A stretch of 64,000 bases of DNA. It comes from an uncultured Clostridia bacterium (GTDB taxonomy: Bacteria; Bacillota; Clostridia; TANB77; UBA1234). A program made the position numbers and the translations under genes. The stretch lies in NCBI GenBank assembly GCA_934132775.1, contig CAKPAA010000005.1, forward strand, positions 11,839 to 75,838, in the 5' to 3' direction. Shown here in pieces: positions 18,826 to 28,852 of the stretch (its first letter is position 1; each line of letters begins with the position of its first letter). Below the pieces are notes generated by a model that was not told where the DNA came from, searched no databases, and saw only the letters and a program-made list of their open reading frames with translations.

Positions 18826-20439
18826 TCAGCTGTACCTATGTTTTCTGCCTTTTTTCGCTGTCCAAGCGAAATTAGCATCATTAAGCATTTGTTCTTGGGC
18901 ACAAGTAAGTTTGATACCACCCGAGCGAATACTTTGAACCCATTGCCCAAGTTTGTTTCCTTCCGGAGTTATAAAATCAAATGGCACATAACCGTTTTGA
19001 TTATACTTTAGAAAGTCCTCATACCATTCCTCAAACTTACGGGTCTTTCTTATTTTTTCCCAGCGAAAACCTGCCTGACTAAGCTTTTCCTTTTGCTCAC
19101 TGGTCAATTTAGTACGTCCTGAACGAACGCTCCAAACCCAATGGCCAAGTATATTTCCTTCCGGAGTTATAAAATTTACTGATACAAAGCCATTTTGATT
19201 ATACTTTAGAAAATCTTCATACCACTCTTCAAATTTACGAGGCTTTCTATGCACTAACCAGACAAAATTAACATCATTAAGCATTTGTTCTTGGGTACAA
19301 GTAAGTTTGATGCTACCCGAGCGAATACTTTGAACCCATTGACCAAGTTTGTTTCCTTCCGGAGTTATAAAATCAAATGGCACATAACCGTTTTGATTAT
19401 ACTTTAGAAAGTCCTCATACCATTCCTCAAACTTACGGGGCTTTCTTATTTTTTTCCAGCGAAAACCTGCCTGACTAAGCTTTTCCTTTTGCTCACTGGT
19501 CAATTTAGCACGTCCATAACGAACACTCCAAGCCCAATAGCCAAGTATATTTCCTTCCGGAGTTACAAATCTAAATGGTACAGAACCATTTTGATTATAT
19601 TTCAAGAAATCCTTATACCATTCTTCAAACTTACGAGGCTTTCTTTGCATTGCCCAAATAAAATTAACATCATTAAGCATTTGTTCTTGGGCACAAGTAT
19701 GTTTGGTACCACCCGAGCGAATACTTTGAACCCATTGACCAAGTTTGTTTCCTTCCGGAGTTATAAAATCAAATGGCACATAACCGTTTTGATTATACTT
19801 CAGAAAGTCCTCATACCATTCCTCAAACTTACGGGGCTTTCTTATTTTTTCCCAGCGAAAACCTGCCTGACTAAGCTTTTCCTTTTGCTCACTGGTCAAT
19901 TTAGCATGTCCTGAACGAACTTTATTAAACCAGTGACCAAGTCTGTTTCCTTCCGGAGTTATAAAATCAAATGGCACATAACCGTTTTGATTATACTTCA
20001 GAAAGTTCTCATACCATTCCTCAAACTTACGGGGCTTTCTTATTTTTTCCCAGCGAAAACCTGCCTGACTAAGCTTTTCCTTTTGCTCACTGGTCAATTT
20101 AGCATGTCCTGAACGAACTTTATTAACCCAGCGACCAAGTTTGTTTCCTTCCGGAGTTATAAAATCAAATGGCACATAACCGTTTTGATTATACTTCAAA
20201 AAGTCCTCATACCATTCTTCAAATTTACGAGGCTTTCTTTGAGGCGCTGACCAGACAAAATTAACATCATTAAGCATTTGTTTTTGATCATCAGTCAATC
20301 TAATGCCCCCTGAGCGAACATTATTAACCCAGATACCAAGTTTTTTTCCTTCTGGAGTTATAAATTTAACTGGTACAGAGCCATTTTGATTATACTTCAA
20401 AAAGTCCTTATACCATTCTTCAAACGTCCGTCTTGCCAT
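18826..20439 (-). CDS. Stand-alone helicase-associated (HA, PF03457-like) repeat protein, 8 repeats
   Basis: The protein is eight ~66-68-aa units of the form 'RKFEEWYEDFLKYNQNGYVPFDFITPEGNKLGxWVxxxRSG..KLTxEQ...L...GFxW'. This is the W..F..L..y...G...vp......LG.W....R consensus of the HA domain. It ends in a basic tail, KKGRKHRYS. Confidence 0.8.
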   Translation of the reverse strand: MARRTFEEWYKDFLKYNQNGSVPVKFITPEGKKLGIWVNNVRSGGIRLTDDQKQMLNDVNFVWSAPQRKPRKFEEWYEDFLKYNQNGYVPFDFITPEGNKLGRWVNKVRSGHAKLTSEQKEKLSQAGFRWEKIRKPRKFEEWYENFLKYNQNGYVPFDFITPEGNRLGHWFNKVRSGHAKLTSEQKEKLSQAGFRWEKIRKPRKFEEWYEDFLKYNQNGYVPFDFITPEGNKLGQWVQSIRSGGTKHTCAQEQMLNDVNFIWAMQRKPRKFEEWYKDFLKYNQNGSVPFRFVTPEGNILGYWAWSVRYGRAKLTSEQKEKLSQAGFRWKKIRKPRKFEEWYEDFLKYNQNGYVPFDFITPEGNKLGQWVQSIRSGSIKLTCTQEQMLNDVNFVWLVHRKPRKFEEWYEDFLKYNQNGFVSVNFITPEGNILGHWVWSVRSGRTKLTSEQKEKLSQAGFRWEKIRKTRKFEEWYEDFLKYNQNGYVPFDFITPEGNKLGQWVQSIRSGGIKLTCAQEQMLNDANFAWTAKKGRKHRYS

Positions 20440-20495
20440 TTAAAGTCATCTCCATTCTTTGTAGTAGTTGAATTAAAAAGTAGACACAAAACTTT

Positions 20496-21512
20496 TTAAT
20501 TGTAGCTATGATTCTTCCCTTTTTTCACGAGCCAAACAAAATTGGCATCATTAAGCATTTGTTTTTGATCATCAGTCAATCTAATGCCCCCTGAGCGAAC
20601 ATTATTAACCCAGATACCAAGTTTTTTTCCTTCTGGAGTTATAAATTTAACTGGTACAGAGCCATTTTGATTGTACTTCAGAAAATCTTCGTACCACTCT
20701 TCAAACTTACGGGTGTTTCTTTGCATTACCCAAATAAAATTAACATCATTAAGCACTTGTTTCTGTTTACAAGTAAGTTTAATACCACCCAAGCGAATAC
20801 TTTGAACCCATCGCCCAAGTTCGTTCCCTTCAGGAGTTACAAAGCTCCGTGGTACAGAACCATTTTGATTATATTTCAGAAAGTCCTCATACCATTCTTC
20901 AAACTTACGAGGCTTTCTTATTTTTTCCCAGCAAAAACCAACCTGGCTGAGCTTTTCCTTTTGTGCATTGGTCAATTTAGTACGTCCTAAACGAATACTT
21001 TGAACCCATAGTCCAAGTTTGTTTCCTTCCGGAGTTACAAATCTAACTGGCACAAAGCCATTTTGACTATATTTCAAAAAGTCTTTGTACCATTCTTCAA
21101 ATTTACGAGGCTTTCTTTTCATTGCCCAAATAAAATTAACATCATTAAGCATTTGTTCTTGGGCACAAGTAAGTTTGATGCTACCCGAGCGAATACTTTG
21201 AACCCATTGACCAAGTTTGTTTCCTTCCGGAGTTATAAAATCAAATGGCACATAACCGTTTTGATTATATTTCAAAAAGTCCCAAAACCACTCCTCAAAT
21301 TTGCGATATTTGCCTTTTACTGTCCAAACAAAGTTGGCATTTTTCAACATTTGTTCCTGTTTAGAAGTAAGTTTAGCCTCGCCAGAGCGGACTCGTTGAA
21401 CCCAAGCACCAAGGCCATTGCCTTCTGGAGTCACAAACCCACCTGGCACAGAACCATTTTGATTATATTTTAAAAAGTCCTCATACCATTCTTCAAACGT
21501 CCGTTTTGCCAT
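20496..21512 (-). CDS. Stand-alone HA-repeat protein, 5 repeats
   Basis: Same repeat unit x5, with tail KKGKNHSYN. Only 56 nt separate it from the next gene, with no promoter copy, so the two are probably co-transcribed. Confidence 0.8.
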   Translation of the reverse strand: MAKRTFEEWYEDFLKYNQNGSVPGGFVTPEGNGLGAWVQRVRSGEAKLTSKQEQMLKNANFVWTVKGKYRKFEEWFWDFLKYNQNGYVPFDFITPEGNKLGQWVQSIRSGSIKLTCAQEQMLNDVNFIWAMKRKPRKFEEWYKDFLKYSQNGFVPVRFVTPEGNKLGLWVQSIRLGRTKLTNAQKEKLSQVGFCWEKIRKPRKFEEWYEDFLKYNQNGSVPRSFVTPEGNELGRWVQSIRLGGIKLTCKQKQVLNDVNFIWVMQRNTRKFEEWYEDFLKYNQNGSVPVKFITPEGKKLGIWVNNVRSGGIRLTDDQKQMLNDANFVWLVKKGKNHSYN

Positions 21513-21649
21513 TTAAAGTCATCTCCCAATCCTTGTATCAATTGAATTAAAATGTTTAATTAGTGCGTGTTTCCCAGCATATGTTGCACATTATGCTAAG
21601 AAAAAGATTTTAGTTTCAAGTACGTCTGTAAAAGTAGACACAAAACTTT

Positions 21650-22072
21650 TTAATTGTATTTATGTTTTCTACCTTTTTCCGCTGACCAAACAAAATCGGC
21701 ATCATCTAGCATTTGCTTTTGCTCAGCAGTCAATTTGAGCTGCCCAGAACGAATGTTATGAATCCAAATACCAAGCCTGTTACCTTCTGGAGTTATAAAA
21801 TCTCTTGGCACATAACCGTTTTGATTATATTTCAAAAAGTCCCAAAGCCATTCTTCAAATCTGCGATATTTGCCTTTTATTGTCCAAACAAAGTTGGCAT
21901 TTTTCAACATTTGTTTCTGCTCAGAAGTAAGTTTGGTATCGCCAGCACGAACTCGTTGAATCCACGTACCAAGTTTGTTGCCTTCTGGAGTCACAAACCC
22001 ACCTGGCACAGAACCATTTTGATTATATTTTAAAAAGTCCTTATACCATTCTTCAAACGTCCGTTTTGCCAT
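21650..22072 (-). CDS. Stand-alone HA-repeat protein, 2 repeats
   Basis: Same repeat unit x2, with tail EKGRKHKYN. The conserved 5' UTR/RBS block 'gggagatgactttaaATG' lies upstream. Confidence 0.8.
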   Translation of the reverse strand: MAKRTFEEWYKDFLKYNQNGSVPGGFVTPEGNKLGTWIQRVRAGDTKLTSEQKQMLKNANFVWTIKGKYRRFEEWLWDFLKYNQNGYVPRDFITPEGNRLGIWIHNIRSGQLKLTAEQKQMLDDADFVWSAEKGRKHKYN

Positions 22073-22195
22073 TTAAAGTCATCTCCATTTTTTGTAGCAA
22101 TGAATTAAAATGTTTAATTAGTGTAGGTTTTCTATCATATGTTACGCATTATGCCAAGAAAAAAAGACTATCTATATGATTAGACTCTAAACTTT

Positions 22196-22816
22196 TTAAT
22201 TGCAACTGTGTTTTCTACCTTTTTTCAACGACCAAATGAAATTGGCATCATTAAGCAGTTGCCTCTGTTCATCAACCAATTTAATACGTCCTGCACGAAT
22301 ATTATTAACCCAGTTGCCAAGCTTATTTCCTTCTGGAGTTATAAAATTACATGGCACATAACCGCCCTGATTATATTTTAAAAAATCCAAAAACCATTCC
22401 TCGAATTTACGAGACTTCCTTTGCATTGACCAGACAAAATTAGTATTATTAAGCATTTGTTTTTGCGCAACTGTTAACTTAATGCTACCCGAACGAACAT
22501 TTCGAATCCAACGACCAAGTTTATATCCCTCTGGAGTTATAAATTTTGCTGGTAAAGAACCATCTTTACTATATTTTAAAAAGTCCATATACCATTTTTC
22601 AAACTTACGTTTCTTTTTTTTCAATGCCCAAATGAAATTGGCATCTTCAAGTAATTGTTTCTGCTCAAGAGTAAGCCTAATATCTCCACCACGAACATTG
22701 TGAACCCAGCAACCAAGCTTTTTTCCTTCTGGGGTTACAAAGTTATACGGTACAGAGCCATTCCGATTATACTTCAGAAAATCATCATACCATTCATTAA
22801 ATGTCCGCCTCTTCAT
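22196..22816 (-). CDS. Stand-alone HA-repeat protein, 3 repeats
   Basis: Same repeat unit x3, with tail KKGRKHSCN. It is the most divergent copy and lies directly behind the best promoter. Confidence 0.8.
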   Translation of the reverse strand: MKRRTFNEWYDDFLKYNRNGSVPYNFVTPEGKKLGCWVHNVRGGDIRLTLEQKQLLEDANFIWALKKKKRKFEKWYMDFLKYSKDGSLPAKFITPEGYKLGRWIRNVRSGSIKLTVAQKQMLNNTNFVWSMQRKSRKFEEWFLDFLKYNQGGYVPCNFITPEGNKLGNWVNNIRAGRIKLVDEQRQLLNDANFIWSLKKGRKHSCN

Positions 22817-22874
22817 TCAAAGTCATCTCCCAATCTTTATTGTAATTGAAAATTAAATTGTTTAACCAGTAAAC

Positions 22875-22903
22875 ATTCTAGCATATATCAAGCATTATGT
22901 CAA
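22875..22903 (-). promoter_or_regulatory. Sigma-A-type promoter of the HA gene array
   Basis: On the minus strand: TTGACA (22903-22898), 17 nt, TAGAAT (22880-22875). Homologous but degraded copies precede 21650..22072 (TTGGCA-17-TAGAAA) and 20496..21512 (TTAGCA-17-TGGGAA). Confidence 0.55.
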
Positions 22904-23125
22904 ATAAAGAAACTTATTAAATGCTTTATTTTAAAGTGTGTAACTTAACAAAGTAAATTTCATTTAACCATAATAGGAGTAGAAGTTACTTTTACAAGTT
23001 GTCTTTATTTTAGAGCCAATATCCAACTCTACCATTTCTCACATTTTATAATAATCTTGGCATAATAAAATCTTTTATAAAAACAAATAAGACCCTCAGT
23101 TTATGCTGAGAGCCTTTATTTGCAA

Positions 23126-23686
23126 TTAACATTTATTTATATCAACAATAAATAAAATTCCGTTTACTATGTCGATAATTGAGTATGCTATCATAATTAT
23201 TCCTAATGTAACTTCAATTATTCCTGAAAATGCCATTATATATATACCCGCAAGCACCATTAAAACAGCTGAAACTAAAACAACCCACCAATTTTTTAAG
23301 CCAAATGTCTTTAATTTTATTGATGTTGTGCCTCTTATAAGTCCACTGTACATTAGCCAAACTGCTATAACAATTCTAAGAATTGCGTTTAAAAGTGAAT
23401 ATTGTGTTACAAAAACAATGCTTATGATTACTGCTATAATTCCGAAAACTAAATCATAATTGAAAAAGTCTTCATTTCCTTTTTGTGCAAAATAGTTAAC
23501 TATCTTTGCAATACCAACCAAGGCGAATAATCCACCTATGATGTATGAAAAAGTTAATTTAATTGTCTCTGGATTACGCACAAATAGCACACCAACTATT
23601 AAAAATATTATTGCTGCTAGTATTGATTCCATTGCGTCTTTCTTTAAATACTGTTTTAAGTATTTTTTTACGTCTGTTTCTTCCAT
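23126..23686 (-). CDS. HdeD/DUF308-family integral membrane protein
   Basis: 186 aa with six evenly spaced hydrophobic helices in tandem ~30-aa pairs (GVLFV..., GGLFALVGIAKIV..., GIIAVIISIVFV...), as in DUF308 repeats. Confidence 0.65.
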   Translation of the reverse strand: MEETDVKKYLKQYLKKDAMESILAAIIFLIVGVLFVRNPETIKLTFSYIIGGLFALVGIAKIVNYFAQKGNEDFFNYDLVFGIIAVIISIVFVTQYSLLNAILRIVIAVWLMYSGLIRGTTSIKLKTFGLKNWWVVLVSAVLMVLAGIYIMAFSGIIEVTLGIIMIAYSIIDIVNGILFIVDINKC

Positions 23687-23794
23687 TTTAAATCCTCCTC
23701 TTTTTTAATATTTGTAATAGAATGTATAAAGTTATCTTCACACTCTATCACCTTTATTTTATCTTGATTAGAGAGTATCTAAACAAGTTAAAAC

Positions 23795-25807
23795 CTAAAA
23801 TAAATCGATTATCCAACCAAACATTTTTTTAAGTACTAATAAAACTCTATCCCAGAAAGTTGTTTTTGTTGTGTTGGCTTCTAAGTCTCCTCCAAGTTCT
23901 TTTAAGTGCTTTATATCTGGTGTTTTTACTATAAATTGAACTTGTTCAACTTCATTTCTTTCATCGCCAAATGATACTGTTTTAGCATCTTTTTCAACTT
24001 CAAATAATGTTGTTTCATCATCTATTTTATCCCAGCCGTTATCAACTACGTCTTTAATTTTGTTTTTAGAATCTTTAAATTGATTCGTTTGATTTGTTAT
24101 TGCTTGCAATTGCTTTGTTAGTGAAAGTATTGCATTGGCTGTTTTATCGCTTCCTTCATAAATGTCTGAACTTACTATTTTCAAACCTTTATTTATATTG
24201 TCAATCATACTTGAACTTGTATTTGTCATATCAGTTAGTAAACTAATTATAGATTTTGCGTTTTCCATTGCAAGTGAAAAATCATCTTTGTTTTCTAATA
24301 TTTTATCACAATATTCTATCGAAGTATCTATAATTTTTTCTAATGAGTATGAAGTATCACTCAAATCGTGCATAAATTCTTTTACAACTTTTGCATCTTG
24401 CTCGCTTATTGTTTTTCTAACTGCTTCTAATTCGCTAGAAACATTATTCAAATCTCTTACTAATGCTACAATATTTTTCTGCAAAGTCTCTGACGTTGAT
24501 ATTTTATCTATGTTTTCAACTATTGCCTTAGCCGAACCAACAATGCTCAATAAATATGCTCTTGTTTCTTCGTCTTCTTCTTTCATTGCTAATGCGTAAG
24601 AGCTCTTAATTATAGTTTCCAAACTATCTTTTATTTCAGTCGTATCTATTTTTGAAGTATTTGTGATTAGCTTTGCTAAATCTTCTGTTAAAATGGATAG
24701 TTGACTAATTAAGCTTTTAATTTCTTTTACATTGTCAGGAAGTTTATCAGATTTCTCAGCCAAATAATCTATTGATTCATTTAAATCTTTTATATTTTTT
24801 TGCAAATCCTTCATATTGTCATTTAATTCTGTTGCCATTTCAACAATGATGTCATAATTCTTGCTTAAATTGTCTATATCCGTATTTATTTTTTCAGTTA
24901 ATGGAAGTATATCATTCAAAATTTTTTTCAAATTTTCGATATCTTCGTCTCTTGCCTCACTTAGTCCGTGTAAATCTGTTGTGCCTTTTTTAATTTGATT
25001 AACGCCATTAGATATGCCATTTAAACCAGTGTTCATTCCGTTTAATGAATTTAAAATAACATCTGAGCTTGCATTTATTGAGTCTAGTGCATCTTCGATG
25101 TCTTTTCTATCTTGCACCAAATCAGCAATTTTATTTAAAGCGTCACCATTTAATGCAACCATTGCCATTGTAATGCCGTCCATTTCGAAATCATCGCTTC
25201 CTAATTCAATATTTAAAGTTGTGCTTTGACCTGGTAACACGATAAACATCAATGTCTTGTTGTTTCCTGTATCTGTTATCATTGCTTCGCTTGAATCAAC
25301 ACTTAAATATTTGCTCATATCATAAGAGGCTGTAACTTCTAGTATGTAATTGTTTCTGTAATAACTTTTGCAATTTTCATTTGAAGTAAAATCAATAGTT
25401 ATTTTAACCAAGCCACTCTTGCCCAATAACTCTTCTGGTTTTACTTCAACGCCATTCAATTTGTATGAAATATTAAATTTCCAAGGAATATTGTTATAAT
25501 ACTCTTCTCCAACAGTTCCTGTATATGAAAAGTTTTTTTCCCCACTAACATTCCAAATGATTTCATCACCGCTTTGCGTATAACTGTCTCTATTAGAAAG
25601 GTTAGTTACCTCATTATACTTCGTATAATCAATAATTTCATCTGCACCATTTGTTGTACATTTACTATATATATTTACTTTTTCAACATCGCCATAGTCA
25701 CCCAAGTTTATATATACAGTTTCATTTTTCTTTAGTGTAGGCATAGCATAGCAGAAACTGCTAAATAAAATTGTTATAGCCAAAATGCTAGCAATACATC
25801 TTTTCAT
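23795..25807 (-). CDS. Secreted YhgE/Pip-like coiled-coil protein, translationally coupled to the MMPL transporter
   Basis: It has a signal peptide, a beta-rich N-domain, then xxxLxxG heptads ('LNSLNGMNTGLNGISNGVNQIKKGTTDL'). The ATG overlaps the MMPL stop codon (TAATG at 25805-25809). Confidence 0.5.
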   Translation of the reverse strand: MKRCIASILAITILFSSFCYAMPTLKKNETVYINLGDYGDVEKVNIYSKCTTNGADEIIDYTKYNEVTNLSNRDSYTQSGDEIIWNVSGEKNFSYTGTVGEEYYNNIPWKFNISYKLNGVEVKPEELLGKSGLVKITIDFTSNENCKSYYRNNYILEVTASYDMSKYLSVDSSEAMITDTGNNKTLMFIVLPGQSTTLNIELGSDDFEMDGITMAMVALNGDALNKIADLVQDRKDIEDALDSINASSDVILNSLNGMNTGLNGISNGVNQIKKGTTDLHGLSEARDEDIENLKKILNDILPLTEKINTDIDNLSKNYDIIVEMATELNDNMKDLQKNIKDLNESIDYLAEKSDKLPDNVKEIKSLISQLSILTEDLAKLITNTSKIDTTEIKDSLETIIKSSYALAMKEEDEETRAYLLSIVGSAKAIVENIDKISTSETLQKNIVALVRDLNNVSSELEAVRKTISEQDAKVVKEFMHDLSDTSYSLEKIIDTSIEYCDKILENKDDFSLAMENAKSIISLLTDMTNTSSSMIDNINKGLKIVSSDIYEGSDKTANAILSLTKQLQAITNQTNQFKDSKNKIKDVVDNGWDKIDDETTLFEVEKDAKTVSFGDERNEVEQVQFIVKTPDIKHLKELGGDLEANTTKTTFWDRVLLVLKKMFGWIIDLF

Positions 25808-28119
25808 TACTTACTACTTCCTTTCTTAAAATCTTTCTTTGCATTTGATGTCTTTTTAGTCTTACTGTAATTTTCATTTTTATTATCTAAACTTTTATTT
25901 GATTTTGTATCATCTTCTGTCTTATTAGGCGTTTCAACTTCATTATTTTTGTCAAGTTCGTCTGACTTCTTTACATTTCGGTCAAGATTTTTTTCTTTTT
26001 TGCCTAGTTCTTTTTGAGCTTTTTTCTCTCTTCTTTCTTGTATTTTCTTTCTAAGTTTTTTAATTCTGTCAGCTTTAATTGTAGACTTGTAAATCAAACT
26101 ATCAAATAAAGTTAAAACGTGTGGTAAGAAGAATATTACCAAGAACATACTAAGCAATGTTCCTCTACCTATAAGCTCACCGATTTCTGAAATTGCATTT
26201 ATACTTGAATTAAACTTAATCAAGTATGCTGCACAAGTCAAAATTCCTCCTGATGTTAGTATTGAGGGTATACTACGTTTAACAGCTAGCATAGAAGCCT
26301 CTTTCTTATCGTGTGTTTTTCTCTCATCCATATAGTTATTAGTAAACAATATTGCGTAGTCAATAGTTGCACCAAGCTGAATAGAACTTACAATTAAATA
26401 TCCTAAAAACATTATTGATTTACCTGTAAAATATGGTATAGCCATGTTTATAAAAATACCACTCTCAATAACAATAATAAGCACCAATGGCAATACTTTC
26501 GATCTAAAAGTAAATAAAAGTATTAAAAGCACCATTGCGATAGATAATAAATTTACAACGTTATAGTCTTTGTTTACAACATCACGTATGTTCATTGTTA
26601 TTGGAATAACACCTGTCATCTCGTAATTATCGCCATAATACTTACTAACAATATTACGAATCGTTTCTATCGAATTAAAAGCAAGTTCACTCTCTGATGA
26701 TGTTTTCAAATAAATAAGCATTCTTGAATATTTTTCGCTTCTAAACTTCTGATATGTATCTACTGGCACAAAACTATCTGGAATGCCTTCGCTAACCAAA
26801 TTAGCCAAAGACTGAACTTTTTTTACAACTTCCAAATCTTCAATTTCAGCAGCCAATTCTTTTTCGCTTATATAGTCTCCAACTGGAACAAGAACAATTA
26901 TGGGGTTACTTCTTCCAAATTTACTTACAATTGCCTTGTCATCTTCATAAACTTTTGTGCCTTCGCCTCCACCAAATGATGAAGAGCCATAAAGGAATAC
27001 GTTTTGCTTTTGAGCTACATATGACGGAATAGTAACTATAATCACAATTGCGATAATCAAATAAGAAAACTTATTCATAACCTCAGAAAACTTTCCAAAG
27101 CTTGGCATAAAAGATTTATGACGAGTCTTTTCTATCCAAGGATAAAACTTAATTATTAAGCAAGGCATAAAGAAAATAACTGAAAGCAAGCTAAAAACAA
27201 TACCTTTTGCAAAAACAAGTCCCATATCTTTACCAATTGTAAAGCCCATAAATACCAATGCCAAGAATCCTGCAACTGTTGTTAATGCACTAGAAACAAT
27301 AGAAGTACAAGAAGCTTTTATAGTCCTTACCATTGCCTCTTCAATATCTTCTTTGTCCTCAGTTTCAAACCTATGTAGCATAAACACCGAATAGTCCATT
27401 GAAACTGCTAACTGCAAAGCTGCAACAATACTATACGTCAAAAATGAAACGTGTTTAAATATTACGTTCGTACCCATATTTAGGAATATTGATGTGCCAA
27501 TAACAGCCATAAACAATAATGGTGACAAATAAGAATCTGTTGTCAATAACAAAATAACAATAACAACTGGAACAAGTATAATCATTATTTTACTAATTTC
27601 AGTTTTTACAGTATCTTGTGCAGATTTCGTATCAATAGCAGAGCCAATAATATTACTGCCCTCAGGCAAAATCTTATTTATCTCATCAACTGCTTTGTTA
27701 GTTCTAGAAGAATACTCATCTTCATCAAACATAATTTCAAAAAGTGCAGAGCCATCTTTGTAATACTCATTTAATTCATCTTGTGAAATAAAATCAAGAG
27801 GTCTATAAATGTCAACATCGTCGTCTAACCACATAACTAAATCAACACCATCAACCTTTTCAATTTGCTCCTTATACTCTTTTGCTTGAACCAAAGTAAC
27901 ATCATTTACCATAGCTCTTGCAAAACATTGCATAGAGAACTCTTCTTCAACAATATTAAGGCCACGCTTAGCATCCTCATCATCAGGTACATACTCTGAC
28001 AAATCATAATTTATCTTAACCATCGGCATTAGCATCAAACTAATAATAACTGCAACAATAAAACCAAGTCCAATCTTATTTCTATTTTTAACAATAAATC
28101 TCGCCAAATTATCTAACAT
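25807..28119 (-). CDS. MMPL-family (RND superfamily) membrane transporter with Lys-rich C-terminal tail
   Basis: Two homologous halves, each a TM helix, a large soluble loop and about 5 clustered TM helices. The context is TetR-MMPL. The last ~90 aa form a K/E/N-rich, low-complexity tail. Confidence 0.8.
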   Translation of the reverse strand: MLDNLARFIVKNRNKIGLGFIVAVIISLMLMPMVKINYDLSEYVPDDEDAKRGLNIVEEEFSMQCFARAMVNDVTLVQAKEYKEQIEKVDGVDLVMWLDDDVDIYRPLDFISQDELNEYYKDGSALFEIMFDEDEYSSRTNKAVDEINKILPEGSNIIGSAIDTKSAQDTVKTEISKIMIILVPVVIVILLLTTDSYLSPLLFMAVIGTSIFLNMGTNVIFKHVSFLTYSIVAALQLAVSMDYSVFMLHRFETEDKEDIEEAMVRTIKASCTSIVSSALTTVAGFLALVFMGFTIGKDMGLVFAKGIVFSLLSVIFFMPCLIIKFYPWIEKTRHKSFMPSFGKFSEVMNKFSYLIIAIVIIVTIPSYVAQKQNVFLYGSSSFGGGEGTKVYEDDKAIVSKFGRSNPIIVLVPVGDYISEKELAAEIEDLEVVKKVQSLANLVSEGIPDSFVPVDTYQKFRSEKYSRMLIYLKTSSESELAFNSIETIRNIVSKYYGDNYEMTGVIPITMNIRDVVNKDYNVVNLLSIAMVLLILLFTFRSKVLPLVLIIVIESGIFINMAIPYFTGKSIMFLGYLIVSSIQLGATIDYAILFTNNYMDERKTHDKKEASMLAVKRSIPSILTSGGILTCAAYLIKFNSSINAISEIGELIGRGTLLSMFLVIFFLPHVLTLFDSLIYKSTIKADRIKKLRKKIQERREKKAQKELGKKEKNLDRNVKKSDELDKNNEVETPNKTEDDTKSNKSLDNKNENYSKTKKTSNAKKDFKKGSSK

Positions 28120-28711
28120 TTTTTATCACTTCCATAAATCTTACATCCATATTTTCTATCATTAGTTTCTCATAAATTTTCAAATTCTTTTTCAAAAGTT
28201 CAATATCATCAATATTATTTTTTACTATACAAGTAAAGCCCTCAAAGTGAGCACGCGAAACAGCTTCACATAAAGAATGATCTGCACCTTCCGGAATAAA
28301 ACTTTCTGCAATTGATTGAATTTTATCAACAAACATACTTAAAACTTTATTTTTAAATTCAACATACTGCTTCTCATTATCGCACATAAGCATAACCTTT
28401 AATGTGTCCTTTTTAGTTTCTGCAATATTCACAGTCATATCAATAAGCATATCAAAAAGTTCATTAGGCTTTACATCTTCAAGTTTTGTTGGCACTTTAT
28501 TAAAAAAGTTTTCAATTTCAGTCTCAAGTTCCTTTACAATTTCATTGTATAGATGACTCTTTGTCAAGAAATATCTATATATATTACCCGTGCTAATGCC
28601 AACATCCGCCGCAATATCTTTCATAGATGTGTTTGCATAGCCATCTTTCTTAAACTTTTTCTTGCCAGCTTCAATGATTTTTTGCTTTATATCTTCTTTT
28701 AAAATCTGCAT
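28109..28711 (-). CDS. TetR/AcrR-family transcriptional regulator
   Basis: HTH 'GYANTSMKDIAADVGISTGNIYRYFLTKSHLY'. The likely start is MQILKEDIK at 28711, behind an AAGAGG RBS; the track start 28828 adds an implausible 39-aa extension. It overlaps the MMPL start by 11 nt. Confidence 0.85.
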   Translation of the reverse strand: MQILKEDIKQKIIEAGKKKFKKDGYANTSMKDIAADVGISTGNIYRYFLTKSHLYNEIVKELETEIENFFNKVPTKLEDVKPNELFDMLIDMTVNIAETKKDTLKVMLMCDNEKQYVEFKNKVLSMFVDKIQSIAESFIPEGADHSLCEAVSRAHFEGFTCIVKNNIDDIELLKKNLKIYEKLMIENMDVRFMEVIKNVR

Positions 28712-28852
28712 TTTTTCGCCTCTTTCTAATATAAAATAAAAATCTAAAACAAAAGCTACTTTATTATGAATTATTTGTTTTTTCATTTTGCTATATCTAC
28801 TTTTGAATTCATACATTTGGCTTATCATAGCTTGTTGCTTAATTCAATAATA

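Larger units (their letters stand above)
18826..22816 (-). repeat. About 200-nt-period coding repeat array (18 HA units across 4 genes) with near-identical DNA blocks
   Basis: By manual alignment, 18874-19110 versus 19270-19506 differ at about half a dozen positions. 20265-20391 is identical to 20546-20672 (127 nt). Similar blocks recur at 19680-19860 and 21140-21260. Confidence 0.9.

Noticed and set aside
19489-22033. Long plus-strand ORFs inside the HA array (19489..19914, 20667..20990, 21063..21473, 21713..22033, and also 18817..19011, 22482..22703, 22655..22849)
   Set aside because: They are antisense shadows of the minus-strand HA genes. They repeat with the same period, have no RBS, and their translations are low-complexity. 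The minus-strand products carry the coherent domain signature.
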